Shown here: positions 1 through 13,984 of the stretch, one piece after another
Layout: the number at the start of each line of letters is the position of its first letter
Numbering within the stretch: position 1 is the stretch's first letter
Assembly (NCBI GenBank): GCA_964016885.1
Contig: OZ024752.1
Location: 19,034,001 to 19,098,000, forward strand
DNA from: Eledone cirrhosa
Taxonomy: Eukaryota
DNA length: 64,000 nt
Direction of reading: 5' to 3'
Made by a program: the position numbers and the translations under genes
Notes under the pieces: model-generated
What the model was told of the DNA's origin: nothing
The model's database searches: none
The model's input: the letters and a program-made list of their open reading frames with translations, nothing else

Positions 1-3000
1 TACTGTATATACATTATATAGAGTACCACATGACTTACAAATATATACAACATACAAAAGATAGCACTACTAGGTACTGTATATACATTATAGAGAGTAC
101 CCCAGGACTTACAAATATATACAGCATACAAAAGATAGCACTACTAGGTACTGTATATACATTATATAGAGTACCCCAGGACTTACAAATATATACAGCA
201 TACAAAAGATAGCACTACTAGGTACTGTATATACATTATATAGAGTACCCCAGGACTTACAAATATATACAGCATACAAAAGATAGCACTACTAGGTACT
301 GTATATACATTATATAGAGTACCCCAGGACTTACAAATATATACAGCATACAAAAGATAGCACTACTAGGTACTGTATATACATTATATAGAGTACCCCA
401 GGACTTACAAATATATACAGCATACATAAGATAGCACTACTAGGTACTGTATATACATTATATAGAGTACCCCATGACTTACAAATATATACAGCATACA
501 AAAGATAGCACTACTAGGTACTGTATATACATTATATAGAGTACCCCAGGACTTACAAATATATACAGCATACAAAAGATAGCACTGCTAGGTACTGTAT
601 ATACATTATATAGAGTACCACATGACTTACAAATATATACAGCATACAAAAGATAGCACTACTAGGTACTGTATATACATTATATAGAGTACCCCAGGAC
701 TTACAAATATATACAGCATACAAAAGATAGCACTGCTAGGTACTGTATATACATTATATAGAGTACCATATGACTTACAAATATATACAGCATACAAAAG
801 ATAGCACTACTAGGTACTGTATATACATTATATAGAGTACCACATGACTTACAAATATGTACAACATACAAAAGATAGCACTACTAGGTACTGTATATAC
901 ATTATATAGAGTACTCCAGGACTTACAAATATATACAGCATACAAAAGATAGCACTACTAGGTACTGTATATACATTATATAGAGTACCCCAGGACTTAC
1001 AAATATATACAGCATACAAAAGATAGCACTACTAGGTACTGTATATACATTATATAGAGTACCACAGGACTTACAAATATATACAGCATACATAAGATAG
1101 CACTACTAGGTACTGTATATACATTATATAGAGTACCCCATGACTTACAAATATATACAGCATACAAAAGATAGCACTACTAGGTACTGTATATACATTA
1201 TATAGAGTACCCCAGGACTTACAAATATATACAGCATACAAAAGATAGCACTGCTAGGTACTGTATATACATTATATAGAGTACCACATGACTTACAAAT
1301 ATATACAGCATACAAAAGATAGCACTACTAGGTACTGTATATACATTATATAGAGTACCACATGACTTACAAATATATACAACATACAAAAGATAGCACT
1401 ACTAGGTACTGTATATACATTAGAGTACCCCATGACTTACAAATATATACAACATACAAAAGATAGCACTACTAGGTACTGTATATACATTATATAGAGT
1501 ACCCCAAGACTTACAAATATATACAGCATACATAAGATAGCACTACTAGGTACTGTATATACATTATATAGAGTACCACATGACTTACAAATATATACAG
1601 CATACAAAAGATAGCACTACTAGGTACCGTATATACATTATATAGAGTATCCCAGGACTTACAAATATATACAGCATACAAAAGATAGCACTACTAGGTA
1701 CTGTATATACATTATATAGAGTACCCCAGGACTTACAAATATATACAGCATACATAAGATAGCACTACTAGGTACTGTATATACATTATATAGAGTACCA
1801 CATGACTTACAAATATATACAGCATACAAAAGATAGCACTACTAGTTACTGTATATACATTATATAGAGTACCCCATGACTTACAAATATATACAGCATA
1901 CAAAAGATAACACTACTAGGTACTGTATATACATTATATAGAGTACCCCAGGACTTACAAATATATACAGCATAAATAAGATAGCACTACTAGGTACTGT
2001 ATATACATTATATAGAGTACCCCAGGACTTACAAATATATACAGCATACAAAAGATAGCACTACTAGGTACTGTATATACATTATATAGAGTACAACAGG
2101 ACTTACAAATATATACAGCATACAAAAGATAGCACTACTAGGTACTGTATATACATTATATAGAGTACCCCAGGACTTACAAATATATACAGCATACAAA
2201 AGATAGCACTACTAGGTACTGTATATACATTATATAGAGTACCCCAGGACTTACAAATATATACAGCATACAAAAGATAGCACTACTAGGTACTGTATAT
2301 ACATTATATAGAGTACCACATGACTTACAAATATATACAGCATACAAAAGATAGCACTACTAGGTACCGTATATACATTATATAGAGTATCCCAGGACTT
2401 ACAAATATATACAGCATACAAAAGATAGCACTACTAGGTACTGTATATACATTATATAGAGTACCACATGACTTACAAATATATACAGCATACAAAAGAT
2501 AGCACTACTAGGTACTGTATATACATTATATAGAGTACCACATGACTTACAAATATATACAGCATACAAAAGATAGCACTACTAGGTACCGTATATACAT
2601 TATATAGAGTATCCCAGGACTTACAAATATATACAGCATACAAAAGATAGCACTACTAGGTACTGTATATACATTATATAGAGTACCCCATGACTTACAA
2701 ATATATACAGCATACAAAAGATAGCACTACTAGGTACTGTATATACATTATATAGAGTACCCCAGGACTTACAAATATATACAGCATACAAAAGATAGCA
2801 CTGCTAGGTACTGTATATACATTATATAGAGTACCACATGACTTACAAATATATACAGCATACAAAAGATAGCACTACTAGGTACTGTATATACATTATA
2901 TAGAGTACCCCAGGACTTACAAATATATACAGCATACAAAAGATAGCACTGCTAGGTACTGTATATACATTATATAGAGTACCATATGACTTACAAATAT

Positions 3001-6000
3001 ATACAGCATACAAAAGATAGCACTACTAGGTACTGTATATACATTATATAGAGTACCACATGACTTACAAATATGTACAACATACAAAAGATAGCACTAC
3101 TAGGTACTGTATATACATTATATAGAGTACTCCAGGACTTACAAATATATACAGCATACAAAAGATAGCACTACTAGGTACTGTATATACATTATATAGA
3201 GTACCCCAGGACTTACAAATATATACAGCATACAAAAGATAGCACTACTAGGTACTGTATATACATTATATAGAGTACCCCAGGACTTACAAATATATAC
3301 AGCATACATAAGATAGCACTACTAGGTACTGTATATACATTATATAGAGTACCCCATGACTTACAAATATATACAGCATACAAAAGATAGCACTACTAGG
3401 TACTGTATATACATTATATAGAGTACCCCAGGACTTACAAATATATACAGCATACAAAAGATAGCACTGCTAGGTACTGTATATACATTATATAGAGTAC
3501 CACATGACTTACAAATATATACAGCATACATAAGATAGCACTACTAGGTACTGTATATACATTATATAGAGTACCCCATGACTTACAAATATATACAGCA
3601 TACAAAAGATAGCACTACTAGGTACTGTATATACATTATATAGAGTACCCCAGGACTTACAAATATATACAGCATACAAAAGATAGCACTGCTAGGTACT
3701 GTATATACATTATATAGAGTACCACATGACTTACAAATATATACAGCATACAAAAGATAGCACTACTAGGTACTGTATATACATTATATAGAGTACCCCA
3801 GGACTTACAAATATATACAGCATACAAAAGATAGCACTGCTAGGTACTGTATATACATTATATAGAGTACCATATGACTTACAAATATATACAGCATACA
3901 AAAGATAGCACTACTAGGTACTGTATATACATTATATAGAGTACCACATGACTTACAAATATGTACAACATACAAAAGATAGCACTACTAGGTACTGTAT
4001 ATACATTATATAGAGTACTCCAGGACTTACAAATATATACAGCATACAAAAGATAGCACTACTAGGTACTGTATATACATTATATAGAGTACCCCAGGAC
4101 TTACAAATATATACAGCATACAAAAGATAGCACTACTAGGTACTGTATATACATTATATAGAGTACCCCAGGACTTACAAATATATACAGCATACATAAG
4201 ATAGCACTACTAGGTACTGTATATACATTATATAGAGTACCCCATGACTTACAAATATATACAGCATACAAAAGATAGCACTACTAGGTACTGTATATAC
4301 AATATATAGAGTACCCCAGGACTTACAAATATATACAGCATACAAAAGATAGCACTGCTAGGTACTGTATATACATTATATAGAGTACCACATGACTTAC
4401 AAATATATACAGCATACAAAAGATAGCACTACTAGGTACTGTATATACATTATATAGAGTACCACATGACTTACAAATATATACAACATACAAAAGATAG
4501 CACTACTAGGTACTGTATATACATTAGAGTACCCCATGACTTACAAATATATACAGCATACAAAAGATAGCACTACTAGGTACTGTATATACATTATATA
4601 GAGTACCCCAGGACTTACAAATATATACAGCATACATAAGATAGCACTACTAGGTACTGTATATACATTATATAGAGTACCACATGACTTACAAATATAT
4701 ACAGCATACAAAAGATAGCACTACTAGGTACCGTATATACATTATATAGAGTATCCCAGGACTTACAAATATATACAGCATACAAAAGATAGCACTACTA
4801 GGTACTGTATATACATTATATAGAGTACCCCAGGACTTACAAATATATACAGCATACATAAGATAGCACTACTAGGTACTGTATATACATTATATAGAGT
4901 ACCACATGACTTACAAATATATACAGCATACAAAAGATAGCACTACTAGTTACTGTATATACATTATATAGAGTACCCCATGACTTACAAATATATACAG
5001 CATACAAAAGATAACACTACTAGGTACTGTATATACATTATATAGAGTACCCCAGGACTTACAAATATATACAGCATAAATAAGATAGCACTACTAGGTA
5101 CTGTATATACATTATATAGAGTACCCCAGGACTTACAAATATATACAGCATACAAAAGATAGCACTACTAGGTACTGTATATACATTATATAGAGTACAA
5201 CAGGACTTACAAATATATACAGCATACAAAAGATAGCACTACTAGGTACTGTATATACATTATATAGAGTACCCCAGGACTTACAAATATATACAGCATA
5301 CAAAAGATAGCACTACTAGGTACTGTATATACATTATATAGAGTACCCCAGGACTTACAAATATATACAGCATACAAAAGATAGCACTACTAGGTACTGT
5401 ATATACATTATATAGAGTACCACATGACTTACAAATATATACAGCATACAAAAGATAGCACTACTAGGTACCGTATATACATTATATAGAGTATCCCAGG
5501 ACTTACAAATATATACAGCATACAAAAGATAGCACTACTAGGTACTGTATATACATTATATAGAGTACCACATGACTTACAAATATATACAGCATACAAA
5601 AGATAGCACTACTAGGTACTGTATATACATTATATAGAGTACCACATGACTTACAAATATATACAGCATACAAAAGATAGCACTACTAGGTACCGTATAT
5701 ACATTATATAGAGTATCCCAGGACTTACAAATATATACAGCATACAAAAGATAGCACTACTAGGTACTGTATATACATTATATAGAGTACCCCATGACTT
5801 ACAAATATATACAGCATACAAAAGATAGCACTACTAGGTACTGTATATACATTATATAGAGTACCCCAGGACTTACAAATATATACAGCATACAAAAGAT
5901 AGCACTGCTAGGTACTGTATATACATTATATAGAGTACCACATGACTTACAAATATATACAGCATACAAAAGATAGCACTACTAGGTACTGTATATACAT

Positions 6001-8145
6001 TATATAGAGTACCCCAGGACTTACAAATATATACAGCATACAAAAGATAGCACTGCTAGGTACTGTATATACATTATATAGAGTACCATATGACTTACAA
6101 ATATATACAGCATACAAAAGATAGCACTACTAGGTACTGTATATACATTATATAGAGTACCACATGACTTACAAATATGTACAACATACAAAAGATAGCA
6201 CTACTAGGTACTGTATATACATTATATAGAGTACTCCAGGACTTACAAATATATACAGCATACAAAAGATAGCACTACTAGGTACTGTATATACATTATA
6301 TAGAGTACCCCAGGACTTACAAATATATACAGCATACAAAAGATAGCACTACTAGGTACTGTATATACATTATATAGAGTACCCCAGGACTTACAAATAT
6401 ATACAGCATACATAAGATAGCACTACTAGGTACTGTATATACATTATATAGAGTACCCCATGACTTACAAATATATACAGCATACAAAAGATAGCACTAC
6501 TAGGTACTGTATATACATTATATAGAGTACCCCAGGACTTACAAATATATACAGCATACAAAAGATAGCACTGCTAGGTACTGTATATACATTATATAGA
6601 GTACCACATGACTTACAAATATATACAGCATACAAAAGATAGCACTACTAGGTACTGTATATACATTATATAGAGTACCACATGACTTACAAATATATAC
6701 AACATACAAAAGATAGCACTACTAGGTACTGTATATACATTAGAGTACCCCATGACTTACAAATATATACAGCATACAAAAGATAGCACTACTAGGTACT
6801 GTATATACATTATATAGAGTACCCCAGGACTTACAAATATATACAGCATACATAAGATAGCACTACTAGGTACTGTATATACATTATATAGAGTACCACA
6901 TGACTTACAAATATATACAGCATACAAAAGATAGCACTACTAGGTACCGTATATACATTATATAGAGTATCCCAGGACTTACAAATATATACAGCATACA
7001 AAAGATAGCACTACTAGGTACTGTATATACATTATATAGAGTACCCCAGGACTTACAAATATATACAGCATACATAAGATAGCACTACTAGGTACTGTAT
7101 ATACATTATATAGAGTACCACATGACTTACAAATATATACAGCATACAAAAGATAGCACTACTAGTTACTGTATATACATTATATAGAGTACCCCATGAC
7201 TTACAAATATATACAGCATACAAAAGATAACACTACTAGGTACTGTATATACATTATATAGAGTACCCCAGGACTTACAAATATATACAGCATAAATAAG
7301 ATAGCACTACTAGGTACTGTATATACATTATATAGAGTACCCCAGGACTTACAAATATATACAGCATACAAAAGATAGCACTACTAGGTACTGTATATAC
7401 ATTATATAGAGTACAACAGGACTTACAAATATATACAGCATACAAAAGATAGCACTACTAGGTACTGTATATACATTATATAGAGTACCCCAGGACTTAC
7501 AAATATATACAGCATACAAAAGATAGCACTACTAGGTACTGTATATACATTATATAGAGTACCCCAGGACTTACAAATATATACAGCATACAAAAGATAG
7601 CACTACTAGGTACTGTATATACATTATATAGAGTACCACATGACTTACAAATATATACAGCATACAAAAGATAGCACTACTAGGTACCGTATATACATTA
7701 TATAGAGTATCCCAGGACTTACAAATATATACAGCATACAAAAGATAGCACTACTAGGTACTGTATATACATTATATAGAGTACCACATGACTTACAAAT
7801 ATATACAGCATACAAAAGATAGCACTACTAGGTACTGTATATACATTATATAGAGTACCACATGACTTACAAATATATACAGCATACAAAAGATAGCACT
7901 ACTAGGTACCGTATATACATTATATAGAGTATCCCAGGACTTACAAATATATACAGCATACAAAAGATAGCACTACTAGGTACTGTATATACATTATATA
8001 GAGTACCCCAGGACTTACAAATATATACAGCATACAAAAGATAGCACTACTAGGCACTGTATATACATTATATAGAGTACCCCAGGACTTACAAATATAT
8101 ACAGCATACATAAGATAGCACTACTAGGCACTGCACATACATTAC
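1..8145. repeat. Tandem satellite, 74-bp unit (~110 copies) with higher-order structure; runs off the window start
   Basis: Unit TACTGTATATACATTATATAGAGTACCCCAGGACTTACAAATATATACAGCATACAAAAGATAGCACTACTAGG is repeated head-to-tail. A 4-bp-deletion variant recurs at 1421, 4525 and 6741. Confidence 0.98.
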
Positions 8146-9251
8146 GAAAAGAACTATCAATACAATAGAAACACTACCAGTGAAAAACTACACTGCATAT
8201 ACCCAAGGGACACAGAGCTGTGCTCGGTAGAGCAGTAATGATGCGCAATAATAATAATAATAATTATAATATCCAGATTGAATGTATGAAGCTGGAGGGC
8301 AGGCTGGGTTCATGTAGATAAAGCAACTAAAGTAATTGGTTATCTGAACACTTAGAAGAGAATATTTTACAAACTTTGAATGAGTAAATATTGTGTGAAT
8401 TATAACATATGGTAGTAATAAGTGGAGCTACGAGGTGGTAATCTTGAAAGAATCTTAGATTGTAGAGAGAAGATAGAAACACTGGAGAGAAGCCATTTTA
8501 CAGATGTAACCAGTATAAACCAGTTCCAGTAAACATGGCATTAGACATTCAGTTTTAGCAGGGATTTTCTTTTCTTTTTTGCTTTGTATTTTTGTTGGTT
8601 CTTTCTATCTATACACAGAAACAGTTCTGTGTGAGCAAGACATGGTCACCTGACCCAATTTTCCTCTAATGGGACAACCTGTCTAACCCATACTAGCGTG
8701 GAAAATGGACGTTAAACGATGATGATGATGATATAGGTTGTGAATTGGCAGAATTGTTAGAGTATTGAATTAAATGTCTCAATCTATATTATTTATTCTG
8801 GCTCACTGACAATCTGAGTTCAAATCCCAAAGGGAGGGCAATTGCCCCGGGGCCCTGCAGTGGAGTGCCCCACTAGTGATGGCTGTAGCAATTCATTTGT
8901 GTCCTCAGCTGGGCTTTTTAGTTTTATAATGGTTAGAGTTTTTGAATTTAATACCTGTATTTATAACTTTTCAATTCCAATTGTGTGTGTGTGTGTTGGA
9001 GGGGGGGTGGGTGCTGTATATTCTAATTCTTTGTGTATATGAGGGGCCCCCCCAAACCTGAAGTACTCTACCCCCGGACTAAATCCAACCCAGCTCCCAG
9101 GAGTTGCAACTGACAGATAGTATCTGCAACATAATGACCAATGGAATCTGCACCTTTAGTTTGACCTGACAATCAAACCCCTTTATCTCTAACAAGTGAA
9201 AGGTAACAGAAATGTTGTCTCAGCTCTCATGGTATTTTTATCTATTCTTTA

Positions 9252-10720
9252 ATTAACCCTTTTGTTACCTTATTCCTTATGAAATATACTACCTATAATT
9301 TTCAAATGATTTTGAAAATAATCAAGAATTTGGAGGTATTTAGTAATATAATTAGCTTCCTCATTATTTAGTGTTTGGAACTTAACATAGGTTCTTATAT
9401 AAAATTATATGTTCCTGGCAACTGTTCCCTACTGAAGTTTGTATCATCTGAAAGTTGACTGATGAATGTTCAAGCAGGTCTTCCTCTACTATGTCTCCTG
9501 TAAGTTGGTACCCACATAACTTAAAAGTTCTTATATAAAATTATGATGGAAGATTTTAAAATAAATATAAACACTTTAAAGCAAACAGTTTTGTATTACA
9601 AAACCAGGACTGCTTTCTAGCAGTTTCTACCAGAAAAGTTAATCTTGTGAAATCAGATCTTAGCGTTGGGTTTCTCAAGTTCCCTAAAGCATCTAACATC
9701 TTAACATCCTATAAACATTTTGTAGAATATGTTTAAAAACAGTATTTGTTAATTTGTATGTTTACAGTGTCTTTCCTAGTGGACAGATTATTGTGAAAAT
9801 TTGCAGTATTAAAGGAAAGGTTTTAAATTAATGTTATACAGTCATCGTGATGTTTTGTACTTTTCAAGAATATCTTGCTAATGCGGTTTCGGACATTGTG
9901 TTAAAGATATATATATTTCTCAAAAGGTATTGTTTTGTGATGTAGTTTATCTTAGTTGTTGTTGTTTAGTTCCAGGTCAGCTCTGATTAAACAGATCCCT
10001 TATCTATGATAAAAAGACATTCCAGTCATGGCAATCATATTATTTTGTGTATCTATGTTTTTGTATATCTAGATGGTAAATATACTAAAATGCTTAGGGT
10101 TGTACAAAATATAAACTGGTGTCAATCTATTACAAGTGAAAGTTTACACAGAAACTTGCTCAAGATAACAACTACAATTGCTCAAAGATAGTTACGATGT
10201 GCAGGACATTGCTGGAGAAGTAAGTAGGAAGTTATACACTAGCTACTATTGTGGGAACCAACTCACAGTAGAGGAAGACCTCCTTGAACCTTCATTGATT
10301 AACTTCAGACAATACAAACCTCAGTAAGGAGTAGTTGCCAGGAACAATGGAAAGTTGTGAATTGTGGAGAGAGTTTGTCTGGAATGTTCAACTGTGGTTG
10401 AACATTCCAGACAAACTCTCTCCACAAAATGATATCTACATTATCTAATGTGATCATCTTTAACCATTCTCATATCAAACCATCTAAAACTGCTCTTAGT
10501 TTTATGATATAAAGCTGTTTGTTTTAAAATGTTTATATTTATCTAAAAACCTTTCATCGTATTTATATGTAAGAACCTTTAAGTTATGTTCCAAACACCA
10601 GCTTAATATTGAGGAAGTTAGTTATATTACTAAATCCCTCCAAATTTTCGATTATTTTCAAAATTATTTGAAAATCATAGGCTGTCTCTTTTATTAGAAA
10701 TCTGGTAATAAAAGGGTTAT
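9252..10720. mobile_element. MITE-like inverted repeat pair (TTAA-CCC termini, piggyBac-like)
   Basis: 9252-~9640 starts TTAACCCTTTTGTTACC. ~10460-10720 is a diverged reverse complement ending GGTAATAAAAGGGTTATA. Related pieces occur at ~47460-47800 and ~62230-62360. Confidence 0.55.
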
Positions 10721-10788
10721 AGAGAGTAGGGTGTGTTTTGAGGTAGATTTGATTGCTATTTCTAGTAATTTTATATTTCTATTTTCAG

Positions 10789-10960
10789 ACTGCTTTCATC
10801 AAGGGTCAAGAAAAACAACGAGTGGAAGAATGGGAAGAGGGAATAAAGTATATGGAGGAAGCCACCACTGAGTTTATCAGAGATGTTGAGGATTGCCAGT
10901 TACTTTGTGAGGGTCCCTATGATCATGAGGGCTTCCCTGAGTTTATCAATGCAGTTGCAG
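10789..10960 (+). CDS. Leprecan-family (CRTAP / prolyl 3-hydroxylase-like) internal exon A
   Basis: Acceptor ttttcag|ACT, donor GCAG|gtttgt. Translates TAFIKGQEKQRVEEWEEGIKYMEEATTEFIRDVEDCQLLCEGPYDHEGFPEFINAVA, with the CxxxCEG motif typical of CRTAP/P3H/SC65. Ends in phase 1, matching the next exon. Confidence 0.9.
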
Positions 10961-11013
10961 GTTTGTATGTCTTAATTGTCATATATGAGTATATATATAT
11001 ATATATATATATA

Positions 11014-11451
11014 TATGATATTAAATAAATGGAAACTATATTTATAAAACCATATTTATTTCGTTATATATATTTCAGGGATATCATATTAACAATATGT
11101 TATGCCTTCTTCAGACAAAATACAATATAAACAGTCTTATAAATAAATAGATACGACATACCTTTCAATCACCTTGCATCACCAAATCAACCTCCCAAAT
11201 GCAAGGTGATTGAAAGGTATGTCGTATCTATTTATTTATAAGACTGTTTATATTGTATTTTGTCTGAAGAAGGCATAACATATTGTTAATATGATATCCC
11301 TGAAATATATATAACGAAATAAATATGGTTTTATAAATATAGTTTCCATTTATTTAATATCATAAATATACTCCAAATACTTGTTGAGTGCTTTTATATC
11401 AGTTATAAATATTTACTCGTTGTTAACCCAACAATTTAAATATAACTTTCC
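11014..11451 (+). mobile_element. Fold-back element in (TA)n carrying a hammerhead ribozyme (Penelope-like pLTR / retrozyme-like)
   Basis: Apparently perfect 166-bp inverted arms (11014-11179 and 11199-11364), a 19-nt loop, a unique 3' tail to ~11451, and TA tracts on both sides. Confidence 0.75.
11258..11319 (+). ncRNA. Type I minimal hammerhead ribozyme motif
   Basis: Stem I TTTTGT/ACGAAA, core CTGAAGA (11264-70), stem II AGG..CATATT-GTT-AATATG..CCT, GAAA (11302-05), palindromic TATATA, cleavage triplet AUA. Confidence 0.75.
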
Positions 11452-11485
<34 letters not shown>

Positions 11486-11537
11486 ATGTATATATAAATT
11501 ATTAAATGTCTTTCTCGACCATATATTTCTGCACACA

Positions 11538-11570
<33 letters not shown>

Positions 11571-11655
11571 ATATATATAGTGCAGAAAGCAAGACATTTA
11601 ATAACAAAATTTATTCCTTACACAGTATTTTGTCATTCTTATGATATATAACTCT

Positions 11656-11780
11656 TATCTCTCTCTCTCTCTCTCTCTTTCTTTCTCTCTCTCTCTCTCT
11701 CTTTCTTTCTCTCTCTCTCTCTCTTTCATCTCTCTCTCTCTCTCTCTCTCACTCTCTCTCTCTCTTTCTCACTCTCTCTA
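11656..11780. repeat. (CT)n microsatellite
   Basis: Directly visible. Confidence 0.95.
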
Positions 11781-11933
11781 TGTATATATGTATATGTATA
11801 TATACCACTTGGCAAAACTACAGTTAGGACTTTGAAGAAAAAACTAGGTATATTTTGCCTATTTTCTCTTCACATTTATAATTATATATATAAAAGAAAT
11901 AGGATTTCGCTTCAAGCATAGCTTTATACAATA

Positions 11934-12938
11934 CTAGCAGTAAAGCCCGGCGTTGCTCGGGGTCGCTCAGTAGCTGTGTTAAAGTTACAATGTTAAGTTT
12001 CTTTTTTGGCTTAAAAACTGTAGTGTCTACTGTGCAGACTTGCATGTGGTGTTTTTGATTAATATTCCCTCAACCAACAATATGCCTTATGAAGTTAAGA
12101 AAACATAACGATAACCCGAATGTTATAACAAAAGAGGATGCTGGGGATAAAAACTGCACTGGTTATTTATTAACAAAGATCGAAAATGTAAACACTGCAA
12201 CGCAGAGAAAAACATTAGCGTAACCAAATTATCAGTTATGTCTGTCTGCACGCCTATATCACCTCTCTGCACGACTGTCTGTCTGCACGCCTATATCACC
12301 TCTCTGCACGACTGTCTGTCTGCACGCCTATATCACCTCTCTGCACGACTATCTGTCTGCACGCGTATATCACCTCTCTGCACGACTGTCTGTCTGCACG
12401 ACTATATCACCTCTCTGCACGACTGTCTGTCTGCACGCCTATATCACCTCTCTGCACGACTGTCTGTCTGCACGACTGTCTGTCTGCACGACTGTCTGTC
12501 TGCACGCCTAACGACGAAATAATTGCTTGTTTTACGTAGTCTTTAAATAGACTTGTTTTCAAGTAAAAATATTGTTTTAAAATGCTTTTAAATGGAAATG
12601 AAGCAAAACGGAAGCTTAGTGTTCGAACTGATGAATTTTGCAGGTCAATATTTTGCTGGCTCGACAACTGTTAAAGCCAGCATAATTTTTTACGTAAGAC
12701 GCTCAATGTAAACAGAACAAAGGGAAATAACTGATAACTTACGCTCAAAAATCGATACATTATATTCGATTTCGTCACATAGGGTGGGTCAATTTGAAAT
12801 ATTTTTTTTTCCGATGTCTTCGCTAGGGCTCAATGTACAAGTATAGCAATTTCGGTGCAATTCCGTGAGAGATTCTAAGAGGAGATGTGTGCCAAAAATC
12901 GATAGACAGACAGACAACCACAGTTTTATATATATAGA
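11934..12938 (-). mobile_element. Non-autonomous Helitron with an internal 37-bp minisatellite
   Basis: On the minus strand: A|TC 5' end at 12938, 3' hairpin CCCG-AGCAACGC-CGGG followed by CTAG|T at 11934, and a short CTGT-repeat near the 5' end. A 37-bp tandem repeat lies at 12241-12510. Confidence 0.75.
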
Positions 12939-13001
12939 TGTATAGATATTTCGTATTTCGAAATACAAAATTTCTATACAAATTATATATATATATATAA
13001 T

Positions 13002-13335
13002 GGAGGCACATGGCTTAGTGGTTAGAGCATTGGCCTTGCAATCGAAAGGTTATGAGTTCAATTCTCAGGCCGGGTGATGTGTTGTTTCCTTGAGCAAGAC
13101 ACTTTATTTCACATTGCTCCAGTTTACTCAGCTGTAGAAATGAGATAAGCACTGGGGTCCCTATCATTCCACTGCAAAGTGGTCGTGGAGGTGCCACGGC
13201 AAAAAATCACCCATCACTCACTGTAAATGAGGTTGGTGTTAGGAAGGGCATCCAGCTGTAGAAATCAAGCCAGAATCAGTTCCCGTCCCACCCTTGCAAG
13301 CAGGGAAAAAGCGGACGTAAAATGAAATGATGATA
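13002..13335 (+). mobile_element. tRNA-derived SINE with an RTE-like 3' tail
   Basis: A box TGGCTTAGTGG, B box GAGTTCAATTC. The tail (GGTGTTAGGAAGGGCATCCAGC...GGACGTAAAATGA) is shared with the RTE LINE 3' ends. A near-identical inverted copy lies at 49465-49800. Confidence 0.8.
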
Positions 13336-13402
13336 TATATATATGATAGTAATAATAATAAATGAATACAAAGATAAAATTCAGAGAGGACTCTGTAAGG
13401 GT

Positions 13403-13468
<66 letters not shown>

Positions 13469-13491
13469 GTGACGAAACATAATCCTTTATA

Positions 13492-13575
13492 TATATATAT
13501 TTCGATGATAGCCATTGAGTGGCTATGACCTCATCAGGCAGTTAGTCAGTTCTTAGATATGCCAGCTCTGTGTTT
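13492..13575 (-). ncRNA. Partial hammerhead motif in a TA-embedded element (same family as the 32.05 kb copy)
   Basis: Minus strand reads ACTGC-CTGATGA-GGTCATAGCCA-CTCAA-TGGCTATCATC-GAAA-TATATA. The 3' strand of stem I (GCAGT) is deleted. Confidence 0.65.
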
Positions 13576-13873
13576 ATGGTGTTGATTGTATCAGAGTCTT
13601 GGGACATATGAGCTTGTTAGGAATAATTTAATGTTGTCAGCAGGAATAATCTTAATTCGCATTGGTCAGTTTGTAGATGGTAGTAGGGTTGGTATTTGAC
13701 CTCAAAGAGGCAGGTGGTGTTGTAAAGTTCAAACCATCAGGCAAGATGACAATAGTTCCATATGACTGATTTTCACAAAAAGCATTCCCAGTCAGATATA
13801 TATTCTATATATATATATATATAGCAAAAGAATGAAGAATAACATGGTTGGCTGTACAATAGGGTTCATTTAA

Positions 13874-13984
13874 AGTATTAACAATTGTTTCATTAGTCTG
13901 GTGAGTCTAAAAGTCGCTGATCGTTAGAAGTTACGTCACTCAACCTAAATTACAGTCGATACCCAACTAAATCATCAGAATACT
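13874..13984 (-). ncRNA. Type I hammerhead ribozyme with an extended stem II
   Basis: Minus strand reads AGTATT-CTGATGA-T-TTAGT...(long insert)...ACTAA-T-GAAA-CAATTG-TT-AATACT. Stem I is a perfect 6 bp and stem III is palindromic. TA runs lie at ~13805 and ~13986. Confidence 0.7.

Noticed and set aside
13002-13075. tRNA gene
   Set aside because: A and B boxes are present but the sequence continues into a SINE body found in several copies. There is no convincing cloverleaf or terminator.
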